NCBI GenBank assembly: GCA_001600815.1
Contig: BCKZ01000019.1
Coordinates: forward strand, 373,981 to 437,980
DNA: 64,000 nt
Direction of reading: 5' to 3'
Source: Alloascoidea hylecoeti
Taxonomy: Eukaryota
Position 1 is the first letter of the stretch; each line of letters starts with the position of its first letter. Made by a program: the position numbers and the translations under genes. The notes below the pieces were generated by a model. It did not search any database, was not told the DNA's origin, and worked only from the letters and a program-made list of their open reading frames with translations. This document shows, piece by piece, positions 37,001 through 47,123 of the stretch.

Positions 37001-37313
37001 ATATCCTCTAATTAATGAAACTCATACACCACCACAAATGCTTTCCAATCCAGAACAACCAAATTCGCCCATTTCGTCTAATTCCAATATGGATGGAGGC
37101 ACTAATTCGACATCGAACTTGTATACAACACCTGCTACCTCTCGAAAGAGTGGGGATTCGAGAGATTTAAACTTAGAAGATCTAGATGTTTTTAAACTTT
37201 ATGAGGATTCTGATTTTGCTACAAAAATAGCAGGCTCAAATGAAGGTGGTGATAATTTACAATGGTTTGATGATCTATGTTTTAATGTCAGCATGGAGAT
37301 GAACAATCAATAA
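34050..37313 (+). CDS. Zn(II)2Cys6 fungal transcription factor (possibly Stb4-like)
   Basis: ACAQCKRHKIKCDGLLPCARCKKHGQICKY zinc cluster; fungal TF middle homology region (LVEFYFKEVNPFFTIVHE, LGRAVRMSQGLG); Q/P-rich N-terminus; PRVQNYGFNLGGRHYLK recalls Stb4. Confidence 0.92.
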   Translation: MNLPSSNQNQITQGLNMSHHTSGDSVNNNQQQQLPQRQPQRQPQPQPQPQLQHLQQRYHHQLQPPPSQQLQQYQPPPQQQQQQLQQPGNGLPMLSQNISTPHLAGAVAQGTSYGQPYLGSMHGQPSTFRPLGSQLISNNLSLPVPPAFGMDVGTLHMMQERPVKHAKRRRVAKACAQCKRHKIKCDGLLPCARCKKHGQICKYTGPLSGQANSKQAESDFFDYQQNDQLQSSNTNTPNSNYINTREPTIADRDGYGNRNGIGDDNCITSNGFNVSKPGNDETATDSVVSALLSRISDLESRLSQKPLEKSISHAYTNTANTTNKNLPKQQKVEAELLEKVFDTSMKTRIPHRSLLLLTPGFGSYIHQYLSTDSQKQITAPRVQNYGFNLGGRHYLKSRTITNKFTLFEKLNRQEVDSLVEFYFKEVNPFFTIVHEKVFMDIYRKTLDISYPPTSKPLVLFAAITSLICAIAVRFSESTIISSMRRPDLMNFSNLSPGVKFKFTASNKNNKDTVSIVSSDNKWRFILGLEEQMFEESYKILETISFDWESVEIVQGWLLVSFYLRACSRQVSIFNILGRAVRMSQGLGMSIDPANYKSMMKYHVLKMKRIFCSCYTIDILFSNDCCRVQASHEPEIEFPSFELWESELKDGWCSPITLCLIHVANAISKIRPISSLYDNSPEELEHAQALLNDLQSYSEKYNLHSDTILCQAANISPPIVAHYRITYYDAVITINVRKLLPLCIDSDEEVETAQRGRSLFKCLEASRGIITVMESLKSLNVGNLLRPWWNFLKSVYDATVIAIILTNSNLYMKENCQGLIKRGVDLICFYSKDVEEFNLPQFREGSGKMGVNKIDIDSTMFRLATECEWATKTLNKMVFLHLKELSSSLVNVGLDEGSADINKERFHERGRFENNGFVESVAESHPQKSRRSIDSLVGNNQSSNMPFSGSIIKCNQNSISTTTSNDNSSGTPISPHTKLRTSSSLYPLINETHTPPQMLSNPEQPNSPISSNSNMDGGTNSTSNLYTTPATSRKSGDSRDLNLEDLDVFKLYEDSDFATKIAGSNEGGDNLQWFDDLCFNVSMEMNNQ

Positions 37314-38039
37314 TAAACAACCTTCTAATTTAAGCGCTAATAGAGTATATTTCTAAGTAATATAAAAAGCAAAAGACTGTACAATACTGTAACAATATTT
37401 TTTATAATGGGGAGGAATAGTGTATGTATTTAGATATTAGGATATTTAAAAAGAAGTACCGGTACGCATATTTAATACTTCAAAATAATGACATGTACAC
37501 TATATAATATATATATAATAATTAATAATTCCAAGTACTATATTATATAGAATTGCTCCTACTTATCACGTATGTTGATACCCTATAACGAAAATTATAT
37601 GCCTATTAATTTTTTCTTCATATGTATAGCAGTATGTATATAACAGGTTAAAGTATATAAGATATGAAACTAGTAGTTATAAATACTATAACTAATGATT
37701 ATTTGGATTTTTATTGGAATGCGTTTCAACAGCCTTCCAAAGTTGAGATGTATTTATTAAAGACTCCTTAATAATGGTAATAATTTCATGTTGTGGTAGC
37801 TTCCGAACTCGTTAAGGTTGACACTGACAGTGACATTATAATTAGAAAGATATCTATTAATCAACATTGATTTGTGAATTTTTTAACTTAAAGAAATTCC
37901 CAATTTTTTCATGCAATAATAAGGAATTAGTGAAAGTTTTATTCATTTAAAAGTTTTAATATAATTATTGGTGTCAGTCTTAATTATAACATCTTCAATA
38001 CCACATGAAAGTCTCAAGGTGTCCTCCCAGTGTTGGCAC

Positions 38040-38409
38040 AACTATCAATTGACTTTTCAAAACAGAAGTGAGAAATAGTGTTGATGGATATAGAGAGGTT
38101 ACTTATTGACTTTCGAAGAGTGAAATAAAATGTGCACATACAGGTTTGGGAATACAAGTCAATTGGAATATTAACTGTAATCTATTCATAACCAAGTGAT
38201 TACACTAGCAAAACTACCCACAGTAGTATACGGAAAGAAGAACCAAATAAGTAAAATTTAATAGTAAAATCACGACAATCACTGAGCTGGAGTATCAAAA
38301 TATTAGCTCTCGCGTTGTGGACGGACTTAGAGGGAGTATAATATTTAGGAAGAAATTCGGTTCTATCGTTTAAACATCTCTTTAGCCATTTTTTAAATCC
38401 TTTCACCAC
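38040..38409 (-). mobile_element. Possible Mutator-like (SWIM) transposase relic
   Basis: Minus-strand FQLTCIPKPVCAHFISL (~38168-38118) followed by YIHQHY resembles the MULE SWIM pattern FQ..GIPC.H..YIH..Y. Weak. Confidence 0.3.
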
Positions 38410-38719
38410 AATTCACTTTGATTTTAGTAGTTAGTATATTCCAATCCTTGTATATTTCTAGATTGATTATTTGACTTGTGCGCTTGTTCACAGTTTTCTA
38501 AGAATCTGTGTATACATAACCACTTAATAAAGGGTTATCCTTATTTCAACGGGTTTTATAACTAATGAAAAGTTAGAATTACTTATAACCACCATTACGA
38601 AATTTAAGTGAGCATATGGAAATATCGGTTTGTAGAAAGAAATATAAATATAGCATTTCCACACACAATTGGTTCCAATTTTTTACCAATCTATCCTATC
38701 AATATACTTATTTGTAACA

Positions 38720-39431
38720 ATGGCCTCCAATCTACCAGGACAATGCTGCGTAGAAGGTCAAAACTGGAAACTCAATTGGTTTTGACGTTAAACCTTACAA
38801 TATACCATCTTACGTCGTTGGTGATATGAATCTCTAAAGTCCAAAAACATCGTTGTCATTTTATATATCTATGGTTATGAGCTCATTAATTGCAGACCAA
38901 TTTGCAAAGGCAGGTTATTACACTATAATTCCGGATATTTTAGATGGTGATCCAGCTGTCGTTGGTAAAACAAATATTGTGGAATGGCTAGCTAATCATT
39001 CTCCAGAAAAAGTTCGCAAAATTTCAGATGTCGTTATTGATAGATTAATCGCACACAAACTTAAATTTATTGGTGCTGTTGGTCTCTGTTTCGGTGCAAA
39101 ATATGTCGTTCTATATTTAAGAACCGATAAGATCCAGGCTGGAGCAATCGCACATCCATCATTTGTCACTATTGATGAAGTAGCAGCTATCAAACACACA
39201 CTGTTGATCAATGCAGCGGAAACAGATCAAACGTTTACTCTGGAATTAAGGGCGCAAACAGAGGCTAGGTTAAAGGAAATTGGAGCTAGATACTTTTTAA
39301 CCTTTGGCAGTGGAATCTCCTATGGTTTTATGATCCATGGTGATGAAAGTAATCCAGTTGTTAAGTTTTCTAAAGATAAAGCTCTTGCTGATCAAATCAC
39401 ATGGCTAAACCTTTTTTCAGGCTCAGATTAG
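38720..39431 (+). pseudogene. Dienelactone hydrolase family (Aim2-like) pseudogene
   Basis: Starts MASNLPGQCCVEG at 38720, then at least three frame breaks before LIADQFAKAGY. The G-x-C-x-G nucleophile (GLCFG) is kept, but the catalytic HGF reads YGF. Confidence 0.8.
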
Positions 39432-41570
39432 AAGATCAGCTATTGACATAAAAAATGGTAATTCTAGTAACTTGTTTTACCCACAGTGTCTAGATGGATC
39501 TATACATTAATATAAATATATAACTTATATGTATACGTATATATACAATCATAAAACTTATAAATGAAGTTGAACGGCCAAATAAATCGATATCTCAGTT
39601 GATACCCGTACCCGTAGTTTCAGGATACCAAATTATCACTGAGTTTCCTAATATAATTATTAACAAGTTTAGCGCTCTGTTTCATTCCAGTTAGATCTTG
39701 CTCCAAAAATTTCTAAGGCATATACCGGTATACATCATTCTACACTTAAGCTTAAGCTTGTGTGTATAAAACGGTGGACCAATATCTTAATGCCTAGATA
39801 AGCATTGTTTTAATGGCTTGGGAGTAGAAGATTTATATTGAGATAAAAGCAACACATTCTGTTCGTATACTTTAATAACCTTAGGAGGGGAAAGTACATC
39901 CTGGTGATCTCTAGTTTAAGCTGTTCTAGACTTTCTTCGATTCTGCTGAATAGACCAATTGGGTATTATTGAGATATTTAACAGCAAGAGTTTAATCTTC
40001 TAGATGTAAATGTATATCATTTCAGTATATGTAGTGATAATTATGAAAATGCAACTGCACTCAAAATATATCGATCATGAAGAACTTCAGCTAGCGATAT
40101 GCGCATGTTGTATGTTAAGTCAAAATCTGTGTCGGAAGCCTGGAGATAATGGACTTAATGGGCCAAATCATAGAAGAACGCTAACACCACAACAAGATTT
40201 ATAATAAATATATATTGAACATATGTTATCAGAATTATGATAGTGAATTTTAGTAATACTATTTTAAATAATTAATATTTTTTTTGGCTTTGGAATTTGT
40301 TGGTGAAATGTAACAATTTTAGGTGTTCCAGTAGCGTTTGTGTCGTTGGCAATTGACTAACAAACAAATGACGAAACATTAGAAACAAAGTACCAATATA
40401 TTCTACCACCCAGGCACCTAATATTTAAATTTCTTTTCCCGAAACAACATCCACTCACTCTCCGAATAATTACAACTTCGCAATAGATAGAAATATTGCA
40501 ATTGTATTTAAATTACAAATGCAACGGTCGTAAATAACGAAAACATGCTCCGCACTTTTACAATTTTAGTTTTAATATAAATCCTAGCCAGAACCAACCC
40601 CATGGCCTCAAGGCTCAAACACAAATATTGCACAGTTTGTACAATATTCGTTGTCGATCTAGATGATCAATATATGCATAGATGACCTGCGAAAATATAT
40701 AAGTCTTATAAATTTTAGTATAGACCGGTATTGATAACTAGCATGTTTTATTAATTTGTTTTTCCGGGGAAGTGCATTTTTCCTGTGCACCTGAGAAAAA
40801 TGAGTTTTTAGACTTGTTGATTGAAATTGGCTGGATACGATGATTTCCAAGTACTAAACATAAAAAAAAAATTTCAAGTTATAAATTAATGTTAATAAAA
40901 GTGAAAAAAAAAAAAAAAATTGATGGTTTGCTAACAGCAATAAATAGATATATAACTGTCTAAATTTGGAGATATGTAGGTGATATTAATGCAGCTGTAG
41001 TATAACTGTACCAACCTGTACAGGTCAATGTTCCGATATTTTAAAAATTTCTTCTCAGATGATCTGTTTCAATTTTCTAAAAGAGGAACAGTATCCGTTA
41101 GTAAGTTGGATCAAAAGATTTAGGTTACTTAATATTTGTATTTTAGAAAACGACGTCCAAGGCTAGTTAAAAAAATATGAATATCAACTATCTTATAGCC
41201 TAATAACAATCAATTTTTAGCAATTGATTATTATAATATTATCATTAACAAAATACGACAGCTCCGTATGCGTGGCTATATAAAATAGCAAGATTATTAT
41301 ATTTTTGTGATTACCAAATTAACCCATTTATATAGTATAATATCAAATATCCTTAACAAAAGGTATAATAAGCATTGAGAAAGCTTGTCTCTGTATGCAT
41401 GTAAGAAAAAAAGAAACTAAAAATTACAGAGCGTGCGGATAATTGAAATTTGAAATCATATATGGGGAATATATATTATAAAATTTGCATAAGATCTTAT
41501 ATATAAGTCCCTCGGATCCTTCAAACTTCTTCTCTTTTTATTTATCATTTATTACATCAAAATCAAAGAA

Positions 41571-42452
41571 ATGCCAGATTTTAAAGGTGCTCCAGCTCCA
41601 CCAGTTGTTCCAACACCTCCTTCTGCTGCAGCGATAGCGGCAGCAATAGCAGCAGCTCCAAAAAGAGAACCAGGTGCTAAAGACTTTTTAAAACAATTTA
41701 GACTAGAAGGTAAAGTTGCTGTTGTAACAGGAGGTGCTGGTGGTCTTGGATTTGCAATGTCTGAAGGTTTATGTTCTGTTGGATTACAAGGAATTGCAAT
41801 TATTGATGTTCAATCGGATTCTGGTTTAAAGGCAATTAAAGTTTTAGAAGCATCTTATAATGTTAAAGCGAAATTTTATAAATTGGATATTAGAGATGAA
41901 AAAGCAGTTGAGGATACAATTGAAGAGATTGTAAATGAATTTGGTCATATTGATATATTTCTTAATTCTGCTGGTGTTGCAGATTTAGTTCATTCAACTG
42001 ATTATCCAATTGAAAAATTTAGAAGAGTTGTTGAAATTAATTTAAATGGTACATTTATAATGGCAACTTCAATTGCAAGAAAAATGTTGAAACAAAATAT
42101 TAAAGGTTCAATAATTTTTATTGCTTCAATGTCTGGTTCAATTGTTAATTTTCCAAATCCACAATCTGCTTATAATGCATCGAAAGCTGCTGTGAAACAC
42201 TTAGCAAAATCATTAGCTGTTGAATGGGCTTGGAAAGGAATTAGGGTCAATACAATATCCCCAGGTTATATGGACACTCCATTGAACAGATCATATACCC
42301 AGTTGTTTGATGAATGGACTTACAGAACACCTATAGGACGATTGGGGAAACCTGAAGAATTAGTAGGTGCATGTTTATGGCTAGCGAGTGATTCTAGTTC
42401 TTTTTGTACTGGAAGCGATATTCTCATTGATGGTGGTTATACTTGCTTGTAA
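41571..42452 (+). CDS. Short-chain dehydrogenase/reductase, polyol type (D-arabitol/mannitol dehydrogenase or sorbose reductase-like)
   Basis: TGGAGGLG, NSAG, ASMSGSIVNFPNPQSAYNASK (YxxxK), KSLAVEWA, ISPGYMDT, IDGGYT. Confidence 0.92.
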   Translation: MPDFKGAPAPPVVPTPPSAAAIAAAIAAAPKREPGAKDFLKQFRLEGKVAVVTGGAGGLGFAMSEGLCSVGLQGIAIIDVQSDSGLKAIKVLEASYNVKAKFYKLDIRDEKAVEDTIEEIVNEFGHIDIFLNSAGVADLVHSTDYPIEKFRRVVEINLNGTFIMATSIARKMLKQNIKGSIIFIASMSGSIVNFPNPQSAYNASKAAVKHLAKSLAVEWAWKGIRVNTISPGYMDTPLNRSYTQLFDEWTYRTPIGRLGKPEELVGACLWLASDSSSFCTGSDILIDGGYTCL

Positions 42453-42826
42453 AGCCTATGAATGTCTGGTGTCTTTTTTTATTTATTTATTTATATTAAT
42501 ATGTTCAAATAGAATTAAAGTTAGTTTTATCTCACTATGCACGTGATCTAGACTTTTATAAAGTTGCCCCTGTTTTATTTCATATCATAAACATTTAATC
42601 AAATGGATCGAACAAAAATCTAACATTGCGATTGATCTTTAATTAAGTGGTCCAAAAATTTAGATATAGTACTGCAATTGATAAGTAACTTTCAGGTCTG
42701 ATTATGTAATTCTATTCTAAAAACATGGCTTAGAAAGCCAAAACAGTGTACGATGCATATTTAGATTTAGAACTAACTAACTTCCTTTTTTTTTCTTTTC
42801 ATATAAATCACACACAAAATCTTCCA

Positions 42827-43447
42827 ATGGACTTCAAATACAAATATTCAATTGATAAAATTCTCTCAGCTTCAATATTAATATTTTTTCATTATACAAT
42901 TGGAACATTTGGATTTATCGCGCCGAATGTTGCAAGTGACGGAAACATTACAAGTTTTGTGTGCGGTTGCAAATCAAACGAATATTCGTGTGGTCAGGTT
43001 AATAATCATATTTGGAAGGTATCTGATATCCAAATAGATACAACTAGTCCTACGAAAGGTGATGTCTTGGCAGTTTCTGTTACCGGTATTCTCACGCAAA
43101 ACTTGACGAGTGAAGTCCTCGATAAAGCATATGTTCGATTAACAGTTACAGACGAATCAACTGATGCTGCTGCCTTTTCTCCAACATTTACACGTTTGGA
43201 TGGCCTTTCCTCTTTTTTATCCTATGCTACAAATTATTCAACTATATCTGAAAATACTACTGGCACTGAAGAATTTAAACCAACTACAATAACTGGTAAT
43301 CTTTTCATACCAAGCACACTTCCTATCGGCGCTTACTCTGCATCATTGTTTGCTTTCATCAATATGCAAGGGACTATTAGTGCTGCACCTACTAATTACA
43401 AAAAAATTATTACCTGTTTTACTATAAAATTCAATGTTCAGGCTTAG
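42827..43447 (+). CDS. Secreted ML-domain (NPC2-like) protein, tandem copy 1
   Basis: Hydrophobic N-terminus; CG..VSDIQIDTTSPTKGDVLAVSVTG; IPSTLPIGAY; ITCF. ATG at 42827. Confidence 0.65.
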   Translation: MDFKYKYSIDKILSASILIFFHYTIGTFGFIAPNVASDGNITSFVCGCKSNEYSCGQVNNHIWKVSDIQIDTTSPTKGDVLAVSVTGILTQNLTSEVLDKAYVRLTVTDESTDAAAFSPTFTRLDGLSSFLSYATNYSTISENTTGTEEFKPTTITGNLFIPSTLPIGAYSASLFAFINMQGTISAAPTNYKKIITCFTIKFNVQA

Positions 43448-43789
43448 GCTTAGGCTCAAATTTATGATTCCGACCAGGAAATAGTTGTTGGTGCTATGAA
43501 AATGTTACAATTGAGATGGGAGATAGTATCCAAATTAAAATATTTATTCTGTATAATCATATTATTTGTCAACGGTATAATCTTGATAAAATAATAACAT
43601 TTTTTATTTTGTAAATATATCCGTGAATTCATTCAATGAATGTCACAGCGCTTAATTTATTAGAAATGGGTATGGGTGTATAAGTTGAATATATAAAACT
43701 CCAAAACTTTTATTTTATTCTTTTCTTTTCTTTTCTTTCTTGACTTCTACTTCTACAAGTAAAAAACTATCATCTTTCTTCAAGTAAAT

Positions 43790-44566
43790 ATGCTTTTCCG
43801 AGTTTCTTTACTTCTCTTTACTTGTACAATTACAAACTTCGTTTCCAGTTTTCACGTGGACCTTGATGAACTCAAACCGCCATCATTAAAAGTTTCAGGG
43901 TTTGAGAACAATAATGATAACAGTCTTGCAAATGATTTCTCCAATATAGATAAAGGATATTGTGATGATGATATTGAAGAACCCGAAGAACTCGAAGAAT
44001 GTGAAGAGTTCGAAGAACCTGAAGAACCTGAAGAATGTGAAGAAATCCAAAATATCGAAGTACCCGTTAACAATTCGAGTTTTGTCTGTGGTTGTCAACC
44101 AAACGATTACACATGTGGTCAAGATAATATTTTCAAAGTTTCTGATTTTCATATTTCTCCAGTGTCCCCAAAGAGAGGAGATACAATCTTGTTTTATGTA
44201 ACAGGTATTATGTCAATGAACTTAACAGACTCAGATTTTGCAATGACTCGTTTTTCTATTTCAAATGCTACCAAACTTTCAGCGTTTCCCGCTGTCTATG
44301 ATCGTTTTGATAAGCTTTGTAACTTTTTAAGTGATACTACCAATACTACCTGCGGTGACAATTCCACGATTACAACTGGGGAATTCCAAGAAACCACAAT
44401 ATTAGGTCATATTTCTGTACCAAATAATTTGCCTAATGGGGTGTATGACTATTCACTTCTTGCTTTTTTAACTTCTTCTGGTAGAGAAACAAATAGAAAC
44501 ACCAGTACTATCACCTGTTTGACTACAAGGATCACTTTAGAGGGGGATGATTATATAAATGGTTAG
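43790..44566 (+). CDS. Secreted ML-domain (NPC2-like) protein, tandem copy 2
   Basis: Signal peptide MLFRVSLLLF; ISPVSPKRGDTILFYVTG; KLCNFL..TTC; VPNNLPNGVY; ITCL; acidic (EEx)n insertion. Confidence 0.72.
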   Translation: MLFRVSLLLFTCTITNFVSSFHVDLDELKPPSLKVSGFENNNDNSLANDFSNIDKGYCDDDIEEPEELEECEEFEEPEEPEECEEIQNIEVPVNNSSFVCGCQPNDYTCGQDNIFKVSDFHISPVSPKRGDTILFYVTGIMSMNLTDSDFAMTRFSISNATKLSAFPAVYDRFDKLCNFLSDTTNTTCGDNSTITTGEFQETTILGHISVPNNLPNGVYDYSLLAFLTSSGRETNRNTSTITCLTTRITLEGDDYING

Positions 44567-44888
44567 TGGCTATTAACTGTGTTGGAGTTTCAACTAACAG
44601 GAATCAAATATAAATATCAATATAAATTTTTTTTCATGATGTATCAATCTTTTTATTTTATTTTTGGGATATATAAGTACTGTTCATTAATGTATCCTAT
44701 AAAAATAATGAGTGATATTAATCTTAGCTTTAGCGCTTAACTTCAATTATGTAGTTGTTTATAAATAGCTTGCAATTGAAATTGTGTAATTTGTGATATT
44801 AAAAGAATCGAAAATTTTAATTTATTCTTTTCTTTTACCATCTACCTCACAAGTTAAAAATTACCATACTTACTTGAACAAATTAAAA

Positions 44889-45548
44889 ATGTTTTTACAG
44901 GTTTCAATACTTATTTTTTACGCACTTATAAATTTCGTTTCTGGTTTTCATTTGAATATTGATGAACATAAACCGCCGTCATTAAAAGTTTCAAAATTAA
45001 AATACGATAATTATAACAGTCTTGCGATCGGTTCCTACAATAAGAATGCATATTTGCATACCCCAATTAAATCGAATATTCACAAATCAAGTTTTGTTTG
45101 TGGTTGTCAACCAAACAATTACTCATGTGGTCAAGAGAATATGTTCAACGTTTCTGATTTTCATACTTATCCTGAGTCCCCAAAGAAAGGAGAGACTATC
45201 ACATTTAATGTAACTGGTACCATGTCAGAAAACATAACTTTTTCAGATTTTCCAGCCTCTCGTTTTACTATTTCAAATGCTTCAGGAGTTTCGGTGACCC
45301 CCATTCTATATGATCGTTTTGACTTTTTGTGTGACTTTTTGGAAATGGCTACTACTGCTAGGTGTGGGAAAAATTCCTCAATTACAACTAAAGAATCTCA
45401 AAAAACTACAATCATCAGTAGAATCAGTGTACTTGATGAGTTACCCAATGGTGTCTACGACTTTTCATTTGTTGCCTTTACAAATACTTATAGAAACCCC
45501 AAAATTATCACTTGTTTAACCTCACGAATCAATTTCAAGGGCAATTAG
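44889..45548 (+). CDS. Secreted ML-domain (NPC2-like) protein, tandem copy 3
   Basis: Signal peptide MFLQVSILIF (ATG 44889); YPESPKKGETITFNVTG; FLCDFL..ARC; LPNGVY; ITCLTSRINF. Closest to copy 2. Confidence 0.72.
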   Translation: MFLQVSILIFYALINFVSGFHLNIDEHKPPSLKVSKLKYDNYNSLAIGSYNKNAYLHTPIKSNIHKSSFVCGCQPNNYSCGQENMFNVSDFHTYPESPKKGETITFNVTGTMSENITFSDFPASRFTISNASGVSVTPILYDRFDFLCDFLEMATTARCGKNSSITTKESQKTTIISRISVLDELPNGVYDFSFVAFTNTYRNPKIITCLTSRINFKGN

Positions 45549-45845
45549 AAAAATGATTGTTGCTTTTAGCTTTTTTTGTTGCTTTGACTATAAAGAATTA
45601 TCAATATAAATAGAAATCACCAATATGATTTTTTCTTTAGTATAATTATAATTACAGTGTAGTTGCATAACCTTGTTTGTGTATGGTATTAAAGACAGCA
45701 CACAAACAAAATTTAAATTTTACCTCACGACTTTTAACAATTGTATAAACCAACATCATCACTGCAATTCATATCATACCTAATTATCAACACCAATAGA
45801 TTTTTTGTATTAATCATATTTCCACCGTTTTGAAAAAGAAGAAAA

Positions 45846-46995
45846 ATGGGCTCCGAAAACTTTAGGCCGAAAGGGAAGAGATCTATTGCTGATATACCAG
45901 CGTTATCGATTGGAGCATACTGTCTTGGATCGATTACAATGACACTTACAAATAAATATGTTGTTTCTGGCTATAAGTTTAATATGAACTTCCTGCTATT
46001 AATGATACAGGTATGATAGTTAGTTAACTAGAAGGATCCGGGCATAATAACACAATATACTAATTATAAATCTATTAATATAGTGCTCGGTATGTGTTAT
46101 CGCAATAACAATTTTAAAACAACTTAGAATCATTACATTTCGAGATTTTAATTTAAGAGAAGCCAAATTATGGTCCCCAATTGCTTTCATCTTAGTAGCT
46201 ATGACATATACTTCATCAAAAGCATTACAATTTTTATCAATTCCTGTATATACAATCTTTAAAAATTTAACAATTATATTAATCGCTTATGGTGAAGTTA
46301 TATGGTTTGGTGGAAAAGTTACTTCACTTGCTTTATTTTCATTTTTTTTAATGGTTTTATCTTCCGTTATTGCTGCTTGGTCAGATGTAAAATCGATATT
46401 AATCGCTTCTACTGAATCAGTTGCAGTTGCGAGTTCAAGCTCACAGGCTAATACTTATAATATTGGTTATTTTTGGATGTTTGTTAATTGCTTCTTTTCT
46501 GCTGCTTTTGTGTTAATTGTTAGGAAACGGATTAAACTGACAGGTTTTAAAGATTTCGATACAATGTTTTATAATAACTTATTATCTGTTCCAATCTTAA
46601 TTATTTGTTCATTTCTTTTAGAAGATTGGTCAAAAGAAAATCTATTAGTCAACTTCCCACTTAAGAATAGAAATGCGTTACTATCAGCAATGGTTTTTTC
46701 AGGTATAGCTTCTGCAGGAATATCTTATACCTCTGCTTGGTGTATCAGAGCGACAAGTTCAACTACTTATAGTATGGTTGGTGCTTTGAATAAATTACCA
46801 ATCGCTTTATCTGGTTTGATATTTTTTGATGTGCCTGTTACTTTTGCTTCTGTGACTGCAATCTTGGTGGGGTTTTTAGCAGGTTTGGTATATGCTGTTG
46901 CTAAAAGGCAGCAAAAAGACCTAGAGGTTAGGATAAACCCAGAAGAGACGCTTTTACCGGTTGTTGGGAATCGTAATCATAAGTTCAAAGAGTGA
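45846..46995 (+). CDS. VRG4: Golgi GDP-mannose transporter, 2 exons
   Basis: Exon 1 45846-46010 ([21 protein letters not shown]); intron 46011-46083 (GTATGA..TACTAAT..TAG); exon 2 has [21 protein letters not shown] and GALNK. Confidence 0.96.
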
Positions 46996-47123
46996 TTTTA
47001 TTATATGTCCGTATAGACCCAATCGGGAAATAAAACCAACCTCCATTTAAATATTTATTTAATTGCGATATATCACACGTGCACTTTCTTTCTTCCTTAT
47101 GACACCTCCTAATTTAAAACTAA

